Origin: Eukaryota sp. TZLM1-RC
Lineage: Eukaryota > Protista > Metamonada: BaSk clade
Length of the DNA stretch: 64,000 nt
Assembly: GCA_040285825.1 (NCBI GenBank)
Contig: JAUPSS010000010.1
Coordinates: 1 to 64,000, forward strand
Direction: 5' to 3'
The notes under the pieces are model-generated. The model saw nothing but the letters and a program-made list of their open reading frames with translations, ran no database searches and was not told the DNA's origin. Shown here in pieces: positions 11,641-24,447 of the stretch; the stretch's first letter is position 1, and each line of letters begins with the position of its first letter. The position numbers and the translations under genes were made by a program.

Positions 11641-14600
11641 TTTTTTTTTCTCCCTCCCTTGGTCAAGCCTCTCATTTTTCACTTTCTGTGTTGGCGTCAA
11701 AGTTGTACTGTGTCTCTCCCTAAACGATGCCAGAGACTGATAGTGACTCCGATACTGATTGGAATGCCCAAGTGAAGGTTCTACCCGTCAGATCAAGCTC
11801 ATCCCCTTCACTCCTCCACTCTCCCCACCCTCCATATGCTCGAAATTTTTCCAAAAATTTCAAATTCAAAAAAATGATCAGCGTGCCACAAAAAAACACT
11901 AAACTCTCAAAAAATGTTCCCCGTTGCTCATCCTGTCATAAAGTTGGTCATAAAAAGAATTCTAAAAAAATGTGAAAAATTATCAAAAATCCATCTATTT
12001 CTTATTCTGTAACTGCCGCTGCCGCTGAATTAAATAATTTAGAATTTAATTTACCTCCCAAAGATGAGTGCACTGCAGAAGACAATGATGCAGTGATGTT
12101 AGATATTCCCCTTGAAGCAAGTCAAATTGATAATTGTGCTATTTGTAATGAAAAAGCTGAAAGATATATTTTAAAAAATAATTTATATGTATGCCATGTT
12201 TGCTCCTCGCTTGATACATTACGGCCTCCATGTAAGATTCCGAATATTCTCAGTCCCAAGGCTTCCATTCCCTTTTCTGTTGCGTTTAGAACATTCAGTC
12301 TTGCTTTGAAAAAAAGGAGAATGGGATATATTTTTCTATTTGGAAATTCTTCCTGAACAAAAAAATCAGGTTCTCGTCCCCAAAAGGTTTTCACTCCAAA
12401 GAAACAACCCAAGAATAAGACTGTACGAAAAACTTTTGCTACGTGGGAGATATGGTTCAGGGAAAAAACGCTCTGTTCTCATCTGATCTTGCTCCTGTGA
12501 CTGATGAAACTGTAAATCAATTAGTGGATCTGCATCCAGCTGAATTTCTTAATTTGGATAAACCATCTGCTTCACAATTTTGGAAACAAAATCCACTTTC
12601 TGAAAAAAAGAAGTTGAAACTGCCATTTTCCGTCTTCCATCTGGAAAAAGCTCCAGGTCCATCTGGAATTACTTTTTGATATGCTGAAATCTGTGTGCCG
12701 CCAAAATGCCTTTATTATTAAAGATTTATGTTCCTTTTTCAAGATGTTTTGACAATGAAAATTGTTCCACCCAAAGAATTAAGTGCATCACGGTTAGTGG
12801 CTTTTAACTAAACCTAATGGAAAAAGTTCGCCCAATTGCCATTGGTGAAGCCATTTATCGCTTGATGTCTTCAGTAATTTTTAATCGAGTTTCAACCAAA
12901 GGTAAAGAATACTTTTTCTCCATTCCAATATGGAATCAAAACTATAGATGGAGCTTCAGTTGCAGCTTTGACATCTGATCTGTTTTTTTCAATTGTCACG
13001 AAAAATAGTTGCATTTTTTTAATCTTGATTTCAAAAAAATGCTTTCAATTCAGTGAAAAGAGATTCAATTTGGAAAGAAATCAAATCAAATTTTCCTGAA
13101 CTCGAAACCTTTTTTTATAGGTTTTATGGTAATTCATCTGATTTAATTTTTAATTCTTTTAATCTGGATTCTTTATCAGGAGTTAAACAAGGAGACCCTT
13201 TAGGTCCTTTCTTTTTTTGTCTTGCAATTCACCCAATTTTTGAAAAAAATTAAAAGAAGAAAAATTCTGACCTTCAAGTGGTAGCTTACATGGATGACAT
13301 TTCTTGTATTGGTCCAGAAAGTACAATTAATAGGGTTGCTAATGAAGCTGCTACATTATACCAATCCATAGGTCTTGATTTGAATGTTCAAAAAAATGTT
13401 TTTGTATTTCTAGAAAAAAATGTTAAGTTAATAATTAATTCCCTCGAAGTTCCATATATTGATTATACTTCAACTAGTTTCTGCTTTCTGGGTTGCTATT
13501 TAGGTTCCGCCGAAAAGACACTTGACAGTCTTGAAAAATTATTTAAATTCAATTAAAAAAAGAGCTAGAAGTCATAAAAGGCTCTTGAATTGGAAAAACA
13601 TCTTAAGTTTTTCTTTTGAAAAATTTGTTATGCTGGAAAAAAATTACTCATTTACTGCGATCATTACCTCCATCCCTAACTTACAATTTTTTTGTAGACA
13701 ATTTAACAAAAATACGTACCCAATTTTTGGCTTATTTAATGTCTGTTGATCCATCAATTTTTGAAAAAAATCATATTTTTTTCTGATGTTCAACTTGGCG
13801 GTGTTGATTCAATTCATCAAAAATATTTGACCAAAGCTGCATTTTATTGGTGGTGGAAAAAAATTTTTGTATTTGAATTCTCTAGAAGATATCCTTTTGC
13901 CGAAAAATCTTCTTGAAAATACAAATAGCATATTCCTGGATAACTTAAGACAAGAAATATCCAGTTTATCTCCCGACTTATGGCAATCATGTTTCCCCAT
14001 ATCCATTCAAGAAATTCCAGACAGAAGTTTATATTCATTAAAATTTGCGTTGAAAAAGCTCCAACGACATCTTTTGAAAAAATTTTTGAAAGCAAGGATT
14101 TTATTGTTCGACTTAGCACGGCTAAGAAAGAAAAATCCTGCTTTTTGCCAATTTTTGATTGATTTGAAGGACAGTTCATCTGCAGTTTTGATAAATCAAA
14201 TTCCCTCAGATTTATGGTCTATTTTTGAATGACGACCAATGGACTACTGCTATGAGAATGCGTTGTTATTTATGGCCTTGTAATTTGCCCAATGATTTGT
14301 TTTGTAAATGTGGAGCTGGTTTGACATTATCACATTTATTTAATTGTAATAGATATTTTTCCTATCGTTCTACGTTGCATGATGCAGTCAGAGATCAAAT
14401 CCATGCAATGTGTAATTCCTATCATATTGAATCTTTTTGTTGAACCTTTGTTGAGGTCTCTTGATATAAAATGAAAGCGTAAGAGATTCAGAATATGGAA
14501 AACGACGTGCTGATGTTGTTGTGCCCTCGTTTGATGATGTCATGAATGTTGTTGATGTCGTAACAGTGGATGTTTGCAAGAAAAAAATGCCTTGAAAAAT

Positions 14601-15007
14601 GCTCAATCCGAAGTATCCCCCCTTGATGACTCCGAATTGTACAAACGGAAAAAAAGTATGCAAATCCTTTTAAAAGAATTGAAACATGTTCGCCATGTAG
14701 ATTACCAAATTTGCCCATTTGCTATATCGTTGTATGGTCGTCTTGGAAAAACTGCTTTTGAATTTTATTGATGATTTTGAAAATCTTGTGAAAAAAAGAA
14801 TGAATAAGCGTTTTGATCGTCGCTTGTGGCTAAATCGTATTGTTTTTACTATTTTCAAATCAATTCCTAAAAATGATTTCGAAAGCTTTAATGTCTGTCA
14901 GTGCACATTATGAAAAACATTGCTGCTGTAAGGTTTGATGGTGTGGAAGCTTGTTTTGAAGATATTGACTTTTAGACTGTGGTTTAACAATAAAATAAAA
15001 TTAATTT
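11641..15007 (+). mobile_element. Full-length family B element (~3.37 kb)
   Basis: T9-CTCCCTCCCTT leader through RT and RLE to FEDIDF-stop and AATAAA; TSD AAATTTGCTGA at 11565-11575 and 15008-15018. Confidence 0.93.
11727..14975 (+). CDS. Family B single ORF (~1080 aa): CCHC and C4 zinc motifs, RT, zinc knuckle, RLE; homopolymer frameshifts
   Basis: MPETDSDSDTDW, CSSCHKVGH, CAIC..CHVC, KAPGPSG, GVKQGDPLGP, YMDD, CKC..HLFNC, HDAVRD, RRADV..VVDV. Confidence 0.85.
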
Positions 15008-16012
15008 AAATTTGCTGAAGAAAATAAGTGACTTTTCAACATTCCTGGTTCTACATCCAATAAATCAGCAAAAAATTCTTTTCTCAATGAATTGAATGAA
15101 CGACAAAAATCTAATGCTATGGAAGGAGCACAAGATCTCAAAATGTGGGTTATTCTCCCAGTGTAGCAAATTTTTAAGCATGAAAAATTTAATATGCTTT
15201 TCTATATCTAAAGAAGAAATTGAATCAAGTTCAATTTTCATTTTTTCCAAAATAACTTGCAATTCATTATGAATTTGAGGCACATTTCCTAACCAACAAC
15301 CAAGGAACTTAAAAAGCATCACTACTATAATTAGTAAAAGGGACAATAGAATCGTTTATCACGAGGTCTTGAGCAGAAGAGCCAATCAGAAGGCATTTGC
15401 TGGCATTAAGATGAAGCCCAATATTTTCATATGAATCGGCAATTTCTTGAGCAACCAATTCTAGTAAATCAAATGAACCAATCAAGGATATATCATCCAT
15501 ATAAGCAACTATTTTTATGGAAGGGTATTTTTTTGCTTAATGATATTTAAAGTTTTGTGAATAGCTAAACAAAAACAATAATGGGCCTAAAGGATCTCCC
15601 TGCTTCACTCCAGAAGATGATTTAAGACCAAATGAATTAAAAATTAAATCTGATTCTTTCCCATAAAAAAATGGTAGAAAAAAACTCGATAGCTCAGGAA
15701 AAATCAGATTTAATAACTTCAAAAAAATTGCTTCTCGCTTTTACAGAATTAAAAAGCATTTTTAAAGTCGAGATTAAAAATAAAATTATTTTCCTCTGCA
15801 TTAAAAAAAGGTATCAGAGGCAATAGCAGCAACAGAAGCACCATCAATTGTTTTGATTCCAAATTAATGAGGATTCAAAAAAATGTAGAAGCTTTGTCTT
15901 TGACACGATCGAAGACAAAAAAACGAAATTTTTGCCTCCACCGATAAAATGCAGCTTTACACAAATATTTAGATTTGTGAAAAATCTAGGCCTCCCAATT
16001 CTGTGCTACAAA

Positions 16013-16228
16013 ATTTTTTTTTAATTTAATTTTAATTTATTTTCAAAACCACAGTCTAAAAGTCAATATCTTCAAAACAAGCTTCCACACCATCAAACCT
16101 TACAGCAGCAATGTTTTCATAATGTGCACTGACAGACATTAAAAGCTTTCGAAATCATTTTAGGAATTGATTTGAAAAATAGTAAAAACAATACGATTTA
16201 GCCACAAGCGACGATTAAAACGCTTATT
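16013..16228 (-). mobile_element. Short 5'-truncated family B 3' end inserted in D
   Basis: Poly(T) then B 3' UTR and RRLWLNRIVF; D sequence resumes on both sides. Confidence 0.85.
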
Positions 16229-16650
16229 CAAAAAAATATGACTGCGTAAATAAGAAGAATCAATGTCAAGCAAATTAGCCAAAAATTTTGTTCTTAATTC
16301 ATTAAAAAAATTCTGCAAAAATTCGAGATATATAGATGGTGATGTTGATCGTAGGATATGAGTAAATTTCCTGAATAACAAATTCTGAGGAAGAAAAAAA
16401 TTTAAGATGTTTTTTTCAATATTTAAATCTGAAAGAACAATCAATTCCTCTTCAAAATTATCCAAAAGAGAGGAAAGTTGATTTCGAATTTCATCAAAAT
16501 TGACTAAATAACAACCTAAAAAACGAAATCCTGATTCAAAATAATTGATAAAAGGAACACTTTGATCATCAATAATGAGATCAGCAGGCTCTCTACCAAT
16601 CAATAAACATTTGGAAATATTTAAAGAAAGACCAATTTGATAATAGCGCT

Positions 16651-16809
16651 ACTTCTGTGTATCAAAGAGCCCCTGCTGAAGGAAACACTTTCTCTGAATA
16701 ATTTTGGTTCTGATGATAGAGGTGATGTATACTGTGATTGGATTGATAATTCTGAAGCTATTGTTGACTTTGTCTCATGTAATGTTGCAAATGATACTTT
16801 GGTTCACAG
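16651..16809 (+). mobile_element. Family E RLE fragment, left half
   Basis: KEPLLKE..DDRGDVYCDW..IVDFVSC..DTLVH; continues at 26936. Confidence 0.8.
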
Positions 16810-19800
16810 TTTTAAAATTTAATTTTTATTCTAAACCTATAAATCAACATCTAAAAAAATCCATCTCTCCCAAAACAAAAAAACACTAGATGCAACTCTC
16901 TCATAGTGAGATCCAAGAGAAAGCAAAGCATCAGAAACCATCTTCAACATCCCCTTAAAAAAATAGAAAACACAATTCTATTTTGCCAAAAACAATCTGT
17001 TGAAATTTCTGCCAGTTCTTCTCTTTACAATCATTTCAAAAATCATCCAAAAACGTAAAAGCAGTTGGTGCAAGTGAACCAAAAAGGGAAAAATACAAAT
17101 GGATACAAATTGTATTTTGCATGCTGTAGACTGGCCAATTTGGACAAAGGTTCATTGTATTTTTTTGAATTTAAAATTTTCAGCATTTGAAAGGGGATTA
17201 TGAATTTCAGAATTAACAAGCCTTTCATTTGAGGCATTACAAGGATCAACAGACATTACATCCAATAAAAATGAAGCTTCCATCTAATCCAGGTAATATG
17301 ACATCACCTCTATTATTCTTATGAAAATCATTTTCAGCATCAAACAGATTTGACAACAAAGGTTCCAAGAAGGATTCAATTCTATGAGATTTACACATAC
17401 AATATAACTGGTCTCTTACAGCATCATGAACCTTGCTTCTAAAAAGTAATAAAATGTTTACAATTTAACAAATGAGTAGTTGTAATTTCTCGAGAACATT
17501 TACAAATTAAATTATGAGGTAAATTATCAGGCCAGATAAAGGAACGAAATCTCATATTCAGAGTCCAAGCAGAATCGGATAAGAGAGTACCATAAACTTG
17601 TGGAATTGTTGTTACTAAGGCAGAAGAAGTACTGTCACACATATCTTGTAAAAAGATTTGCAAAAGCGGGATTCTTTTTCTTGGCCAAGCCAAGTCTAAC
17701 ATCAAAATCCAAACTTTCAAAAAAATCTTTGACAATTTTTTTGTTGAAGCTTTTTACAGCAAAACTGTAAATTAAATAGAGATCGGTTTGGAATTTCTTG
17801 AATTGATTGAGGAAAACATTTGGTCCAAATTTGTGGCGGTAATTTTTTTCAAGTTCACAAGATAACTCATACAAATAGGGACTACAATTGGGGACTAACA
17901 GATGAGAATCATCAGGAAATCTACGAGAAAAATTCATAAATAAAATTTTTGCCACCACCCAAGAATGCTGATTGACACAAAATTGAAGATTTAGTAAAAA
18001 CCAATACCACCCAAATTTGCTGAAGAAAAATAAATGGCTTTTCAACATTCCTGGTTCTACATCCAATAAATCAGCAAAAAATTCTGTTCTCAATGAATTA
18101 AAAAGAACGACAAAAAAATCTAATGCTATGGAAGGAGCACAAGATCTCAAAATGTGGGTTATTCTCCCAGTGTAGCAAATTTTTAAGCATGAAAAATTTA
18201 ATATGCTTTTCTATATCTAAAGAAGAAATTGAATCAAGTTCAATTTTCATTTTTTTCCAAAATAACTTGCAATTCATTCTGAATTTGAGGCACATTTCCT
18301 AACCAACAACCAAGGAACTTAAAAAGCATCACTACTATAATTAGTAAAAGGGTCAATAGAATCGTTTATCACGAGGTCTTGAGCAGAAGAGCCAATCAGA
18401 AGGCATTTGCTGGCATTAAGATGAAGCCCAATATTTTCATATGAATCGGCAATTTCTTGAGCAACCAATTCTAGTGAATCAAATGAACCAATCAAGGATA
18501 TATCATCCATATAAGCAACTATTTTTTTATAGAAGGGTATTTTTTTGCTTAATGATATTTAAAGTTTTGTGAATAGCTAAACAAAACAATAATGGGCCTA
18601 AAGGATCTCCCTGCTTCACTCCAGAAGATGATTTAAGACCAAATGAATTAAAAATTAAATCTGATTCTTTCCCATAAAAAAATGGTAGAAAAAAACTCGA
18701 TAGCTCAGGAAAATCAGATTTAATAACTTCAAAAAAATTGCTTCTCGCTTTACAGAATTAAAAAGCATTTTTAAAGTCGAGATTAAAAATAAAAATTATT
18801 TTCCTCTGCATTAAAAAAAGGTATCAGAGGCAATAGCAGCAACAGAAGCACCATCAATTGTTTTGATTCCAAATTGATGAGGATTCAAAAATGTAGAAGC
18901 TTTGTCTTTGACACGATCGAAGACAATTGATGCTAACAAACGAGAAAGAGATTCACCAACAGCAATTGGGCGTATTCCATCAGGTTTGATTCCGTTTCCA
19001 GGCTTTACTAAAAGCAATCAGACGTGCTGCGAGTAATTCAAATGGAGGATTAATTTTCAAAACAATCAATTGTTGAAAATAGTGGGCTAGATCATCAGCA
19101 ATTTCGGGAGCACTGGAACACGCTATTTTTAACAGATCAAAAAGAAATTCCAGATGGGCCTGCTGCTTTCCCCTTTGGCAATTTTTGAATAGCTTTAAGA
19201 ACTTCAATTGCAGTAATAGGATTTTCAATCCAAAAAGGACACACTTCAGGCTTGCTGCACTTGAAATTTTCTTGAGGATGCAACTTTTGAAGTTTTTTTC
19301 AAGGGTATCAGAGTTTGCATCAGCCAAAGAAGAGGAAAACAAAGACTGCTTTGCGGCACCATAACGACCACGTAAGCACAATTTACGGCAAATTTTTGAT
19401 TTTACAATTTTTCTATTTCCAAAATTTTTCTTAAAACAATTTTTGTTTTTTCTAGCAAAATATTTCCAGAAGGATGAAATATTCCACTTATTATTTTTCA
19501 ATTCAGAAGTAAAATTTCTCATTTCCATTGAGAAGGGGATTGTGCTGGCGGGACTTATTTCTACTGGGATCCGGATCGGGGGTCTTACGGTATCAACGGC
19601 TTTACAATTCGTACAAAACAGAAGTTTTCGACCATTTCGTGAATCTGCAACATCTTTTTTGCAAAATGGACAACAAAAATTGCTGTTTTCAGAAGGGGAA
19701 GAAGAGGGAACACTAGAAGCATTTAACTGTTGATCGTCAGAAACATTATTTTCAGCACCTTTCACAACGGCAACAGCTGGAACAGAATATTTGAGAATTT

Positions 19801-20335
19801 GTTGAGCAGATTTTAATTCAAATTCTCTTTTTTGTTTCTCAGGGCACGTTCTCGAATTATGACCACTGATACCACAAATCGAACATTTTTTAGAACCTTG
19901 TAATGGCAGAGGTTTCATTTTTTCAGTTCTTTCAATTTTGTCAATTTTTGAGTTAAAAAGTAGAAATAGACTTTTTGACTTTTTGCAGTTTCAGCTGGAG
20001 AAAACAAATTTCGAGAAACGGAGTTGTTAATAGAACGCGCAACAGAACGCAAGGAACGTAATGGTGGTTTTTTTCTGTGTTTTTTTCTGGTTCAATGATC
20101 AGTTTTTGAATGAAAATTTTTTGAGATGAATTTCGAGCATAGCTTGTATTGTGGGGAGAGTGGGGAAGTGGAGTGGATGAGCTTGATCTGACTGGTAGAA
20201 TCTTTGCTTGGGCGTTCCAATCAGTATCAGAGTCACTATCAGCCAAAGGCATCGTTTTGACAGAGAAACAGTACGACTTTGACGCCTTGACGAAAGTGAA
20301 ATATGAAAGGGTTGACTAAGGGAGGGAGAAAAAAA
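16810..20335 (-). mobile_element. Full-length family A element (~3.5 kb)
   Basis: Complete from 5' T-tract leader to GEMDFLDVDL-stop, AATAAA and poly(A). Confidence 0.93.
16837..20252 (-). CDS. Family A single ORF (~1135 aa): CCHC and C4 zinc motifs, RT, zinc knuckle, RLE; frameshifted, with one early TGA in this copy
   Basis: CSICGISGHNSRTC, CPFC..CTNC, KAAGPSG, GIRPIAVGE, PHQFG, LDFKNAFN, GVKQGDPLGP, YMDD, FLG, CKC..HLLNC, RSKVHD, RGDV..LLDV, KKY. Confidence 0.85.
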
Positions 20336-22449
20336 AATTTTATTGGAGAAGTTTGACAAGGATCTTAGTTTTATTGCTGAATGTGACATTGAGAAACACA
20401 TCAAATTTTTTATTTTAAAAATTTGTTATTCTGGAAAATTCACTCATATTTTAAGGTCAACTCCCCCATCGGTATCTCTCAATTTTTTTTAAATTTAATT
20501 TTATTCTAAACCTATAAATCAACATCTAAAAAATCCATCTCTCCCAAAACAAAAACACTAGATGCAACTCTCTCATAGTGAGATCCAAGAGAAAGCAAAG
20601 CATCAGAAACCATCTTCAACATCCCCTTAAAAATAGAAAACACAATTCTATTTTGCCAAAACAATCTGTTGAAATTTCTGCCAGTTCTTCTCTTTACAAT
20701 CATTTCAAAAATCATCCAAAAAACGTAAAGCAGTTGGTGCAAGTGAACCAAAAGGGAAAATACAAATGGATACAAATTGTATTTTTGCATGCTGTAGACT
20801 GGCCAATTTGGACAAAGGTTCATTGTATTTTTTGAATTTAAAATTTTCAGCATTTGAAAGGGGATTATGAATTTCAGAATTAACAAGCCTTTCATTTGAG
20901 GCATTACAAGGATCAACAGACATTACATCCAATAAAATGAAGCTTCCATCTAATCCAGGTAATATGACATCACCTCTATTATTCTAATGAAAATCATTTT
21001 CAGCATCAAACAAATTTGACAACAGAGGTTCTAAGAAGGATTCAATTCTATGAGATTTACACATACAATATAACTGGTCTCTTACAGCATCATGAACCTC
21101 TCTCAATTTTTGCAGATCTTTTAACAAACTTCGAGTCAAATTTTTTTCTTCTTTATTAGAAGTAAATGAATCTTTAATTCGAAGTCATGTATTTTGTTCA
21201 GCAGATTTGGGTGGAATTGGATTCACCAAATCTTCGATTCTGTGTAAAGCTGCATTTTTGGGAGGTGGTAAAATTTTGTTTTTGAATTTTTCCAAAGGTT
21301 CCCTTTTGATGTTCATCTGATCAATGGTGAATCAAATTTTTACTTGAATCAACTGCAATTTGAATTAGAAAATTTGCCTAGTGATATCTGGATTCAGTGT
21401 TTTCCTCAAAATGTTCAAGAAATTCCCACCCGATCACTTCCAAATTTACGTTTTTGCTTGAAAAAGCTTCAGTACCATCTGGTTAAATTATATGAAGGGT
21501 TGGATTATGAAGTAAGACTTGGCTTGGCCAAAACCAAAAATCCCGCTTTCGGTAATTTTTTAAAGGATATTCGTGATAGTTCAGCTGCTGCTTTAGTAAC
21601 TCAAGTTCCCTCTTTTTATGGACTTTTTGTTAAAAAAACAATGAATGGCTTCTAAACATGCGCTTTCGTTGTTTTCTGTGGCCAAACAATTTGCCCAATC
21701 ATTTAACTTGTAAATGTGGTAAACCTCTTTTGTTTACTCATCTTTTGAACTGTAAACATTTCATTACGTTTAGAAGCAAAGTGCATAATAACGTCCGGGA
21801 CCAAATTTATGTAATGTGCAAATCATATCGAGTAGATTCCTTTTTAGAACCGCTGTTATCAAAAATTAATTCTTGATGATCCCAATATTGATAGTACGCG
21901 TTACAACAGAGCTTCTATGGGTCTGACTAGAGGTGGTCTAGTTGTTCCTGGTTTAAATGGTAGTTTTACTATTTTTGGACGCCATGTCTATTGACCCTTG
22001 TGATTCCTCTAACGAACATCTCATTAACTCGGATGTAAATAATCCTCTTCTTGCAGGCGAAAAATATAAAATTGCTAAATATGCGAAACCCATTTCCTCG
22101 GTTAATGAAAAATTCTCATGCCCAATATAATTTATGTCCATTTGTTTTTTTCTTTGCTTGGATCTCTAGGTAAGGCTGCTATGGCTTTCCTTGAGGATTT
22201 TGTTGTAGTTGTAAAGGAAAGAACTGGAAGAATTTTCAATCATGTTTACTGGCAAAAACAGGATTGTATTTTCTATTTTTAAGGGAATGGTAAAACTAAT
22301 TTCTGATTCACTATCTTCTTTTTGGGAAATTTTCTGAATCTTTAGCAATTAATTGTTTTGATGTAGGGGAGGCAGGTTTTGAGGATGTCGAGTTTTAATT
22401 GTGTATTTCATATTTGTTGTTGAATAAAAATAAATAAGGTAAAAAAAAA
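20336..22449 (+). mobile_element. Family C 3' half interrupted by a truncated A copy (20488-21098, minus)
   Basis: C frame ..STPPSVSLNF|SLNFCRSFNKL..; TSD TCTCTCAATTTTT at 20475-20487 and 21099-21111. Confidence 0.9.
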
Positions 22450-22466
22450 GAACTTTTGCACGTAAC

Positions 22467-24447
22467 TTTTTTTTTTAAATTTAATTTTATTCTAAACCTA
22501 TAAATCAACATCTAAAAAAATCCATCTCTCCCAAAACAAAAACACTAGATGCAACTCTCTCATAGTGAGATCCAAGAGAAAGCAAAGCATCAGAAACCAT
22601 CTTCAACATCCCCTTAAAAATAGAAAACACAATTCTATTTTTGCCAAAACAATCTGTTGAAATTTCTGCCAGTTCTTCTCTTTACAATCATTTCAAAATC
22701 ATCCAAAAACGTAAAGCAGTTGGTGCAAGTGAACCAAAAGGGAAAATACAAATGGATACAAATTGTATTTTGCATGCTGTAGACTGGCCAATTTGGACAA
22801 AGGTTCATTGTATTTTTTGAATTTAAAATTTTCAGCATTTGAAAGGGGATTATGAATTTCAGAATTAACAAGCCTTTCATTTGAGGCATTACAAGGATCA
22901 ACAGACATTACATCCAATAAAAATGAAGCTTCCATCTAATCCAGGTAATATGACATCACCTCTATTATTCTAATGAAAATCATTTTCAGCATCAAACAAA
23001 TTTGACAACAGAGGTTCTAAGAAGGATTCAATTCTATGAGATTTACACATACAATATAACTGGTCTCTTACAGCATCATGAACCTCTCTCAATTTTTGCA
23101 GATCTTTTAACAAACTTCGAGTCAAATTTTTTTCTTCTTTATTAGAAGTAAATGAATCTTTAATTCGAAGTCATGTATTTTGTTCAGCAGATTTGGGTGG
23201 AATTGGATTCACCAAATCTTCGATTCTGTGTAAAGCTGCATTTTTGGGAGGTGGTAAAAATTTTGTTTTTGAATTTTTCCAAAGGTTCCCTTTTGATGTT
23301 CATCTGATCAATGGTGAATCAAATTTTTACTTGAATCAACTGCAATTTGAATTAGAAAATTTGCCTAGTGATATCTGGATTCAGTGTTTTCCTCAAAATG
23401 TTCAAGAAATTCCCACCCGATCACTTCCAAATTTACGTTTTTGCTTGAAAAAGCTTCAGTACCATCTGGTTAAATTATATGAAGGGTTGGATTATGAAGT
23501 AAGACTTGGCTTGGCCAAAACCAAAAATCCCGCTTTCGGTAATTTTTTAAAGGATATTCGTGATAGTTCAGCTGCTGCTTTAGTAACTCAAGTTCCCTCT
23601 TTTTATGGACTTTTGTTAAAAAACAATGAATGGCTTCTAAACATGCGCTTTCGTTGTTTTCTGTGGCCAAACAATTTGCCCAATCATTTAACTTGTAAAT
23701 GTGGTAAACCTCTTTTGTTTACTCATCTTTTGAACTGTAAACATTTCATTACGTTTAGAAGCAAAGTGCATAATAACGTCCGGGACCAAATTTATGTAAT
23801 GTGCAAATCATATCGAGTAGATTCCTTTTTAGAACCGCTGTTATCAAAATTAATTCTTGATGATCCCAATATTGATAGTACGCGTTACAACAGAGCTTCT
23901 ATGGGTCTGACTAGAGGTGGTCTAGTTGTTCCTGGTTTAAATGGTAGTTTTACTATTTTGGACGCCATGTCTATTGACCCTTGTGATTCCTCTAACGAAC
24001 ATCTCATTAACTCGGATGTAAATAATCCTCTTCTTGCAGGCGAAAAATATAAAATTGCTAAATATGCGAAACCCATTTCCTCGGTTAATGAAAATTCTCA
24101 TGCCCAATATAATTTATGTCCATTTGTTTTTTCTTTGCTTGGATCTCTAGGTAAGGCTGCTATGGCTTTCCTTGAGGATTTTGTTGTAGTTGTAAAGGAA
24201 AGAACTGGAAGAATTTTCAATCATGTTTACTGGCAAAACAGGATTGTATTTTCTATTTTTAAGGGAATGGTAAAACTAATTTCTGATTCACTATCTTCTT
24301 TTTGGGAAATTTTCTGAATCTTTAGCAATTAATTGTTTTGATGTAGGGGAGGCAGGTTTTGAGGATGTCGAGTTTTAATTGTGTATTTCATATTTGTTGT
24401 TGAATAAAAATAAATAAGGTAAAAAAAAAAGAACTTTTGCACGTAAC
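22467..24447. repeat. ~1.98-kb tandem duplicate of 20488-22466 (A minus, C plus, 17-bp spacer)
   Basis: Identical A/C junction (catgaacctctctcaattttt) and spacer gaacttttgcacgtaac in both copies. Confidence 0.88.

Larger units (their letters stand above)
10366..15918 (-). mobile_element. 5'-truncated family A copy (10366-11575 plus 15008-15918) inserted in D and interrupted by B
   Basis: 27-bp TSD AAAAACGAAATTTTTGCCTCCACCGAT at 10339-10365 and 15919-15945. Confidence 0.9.
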
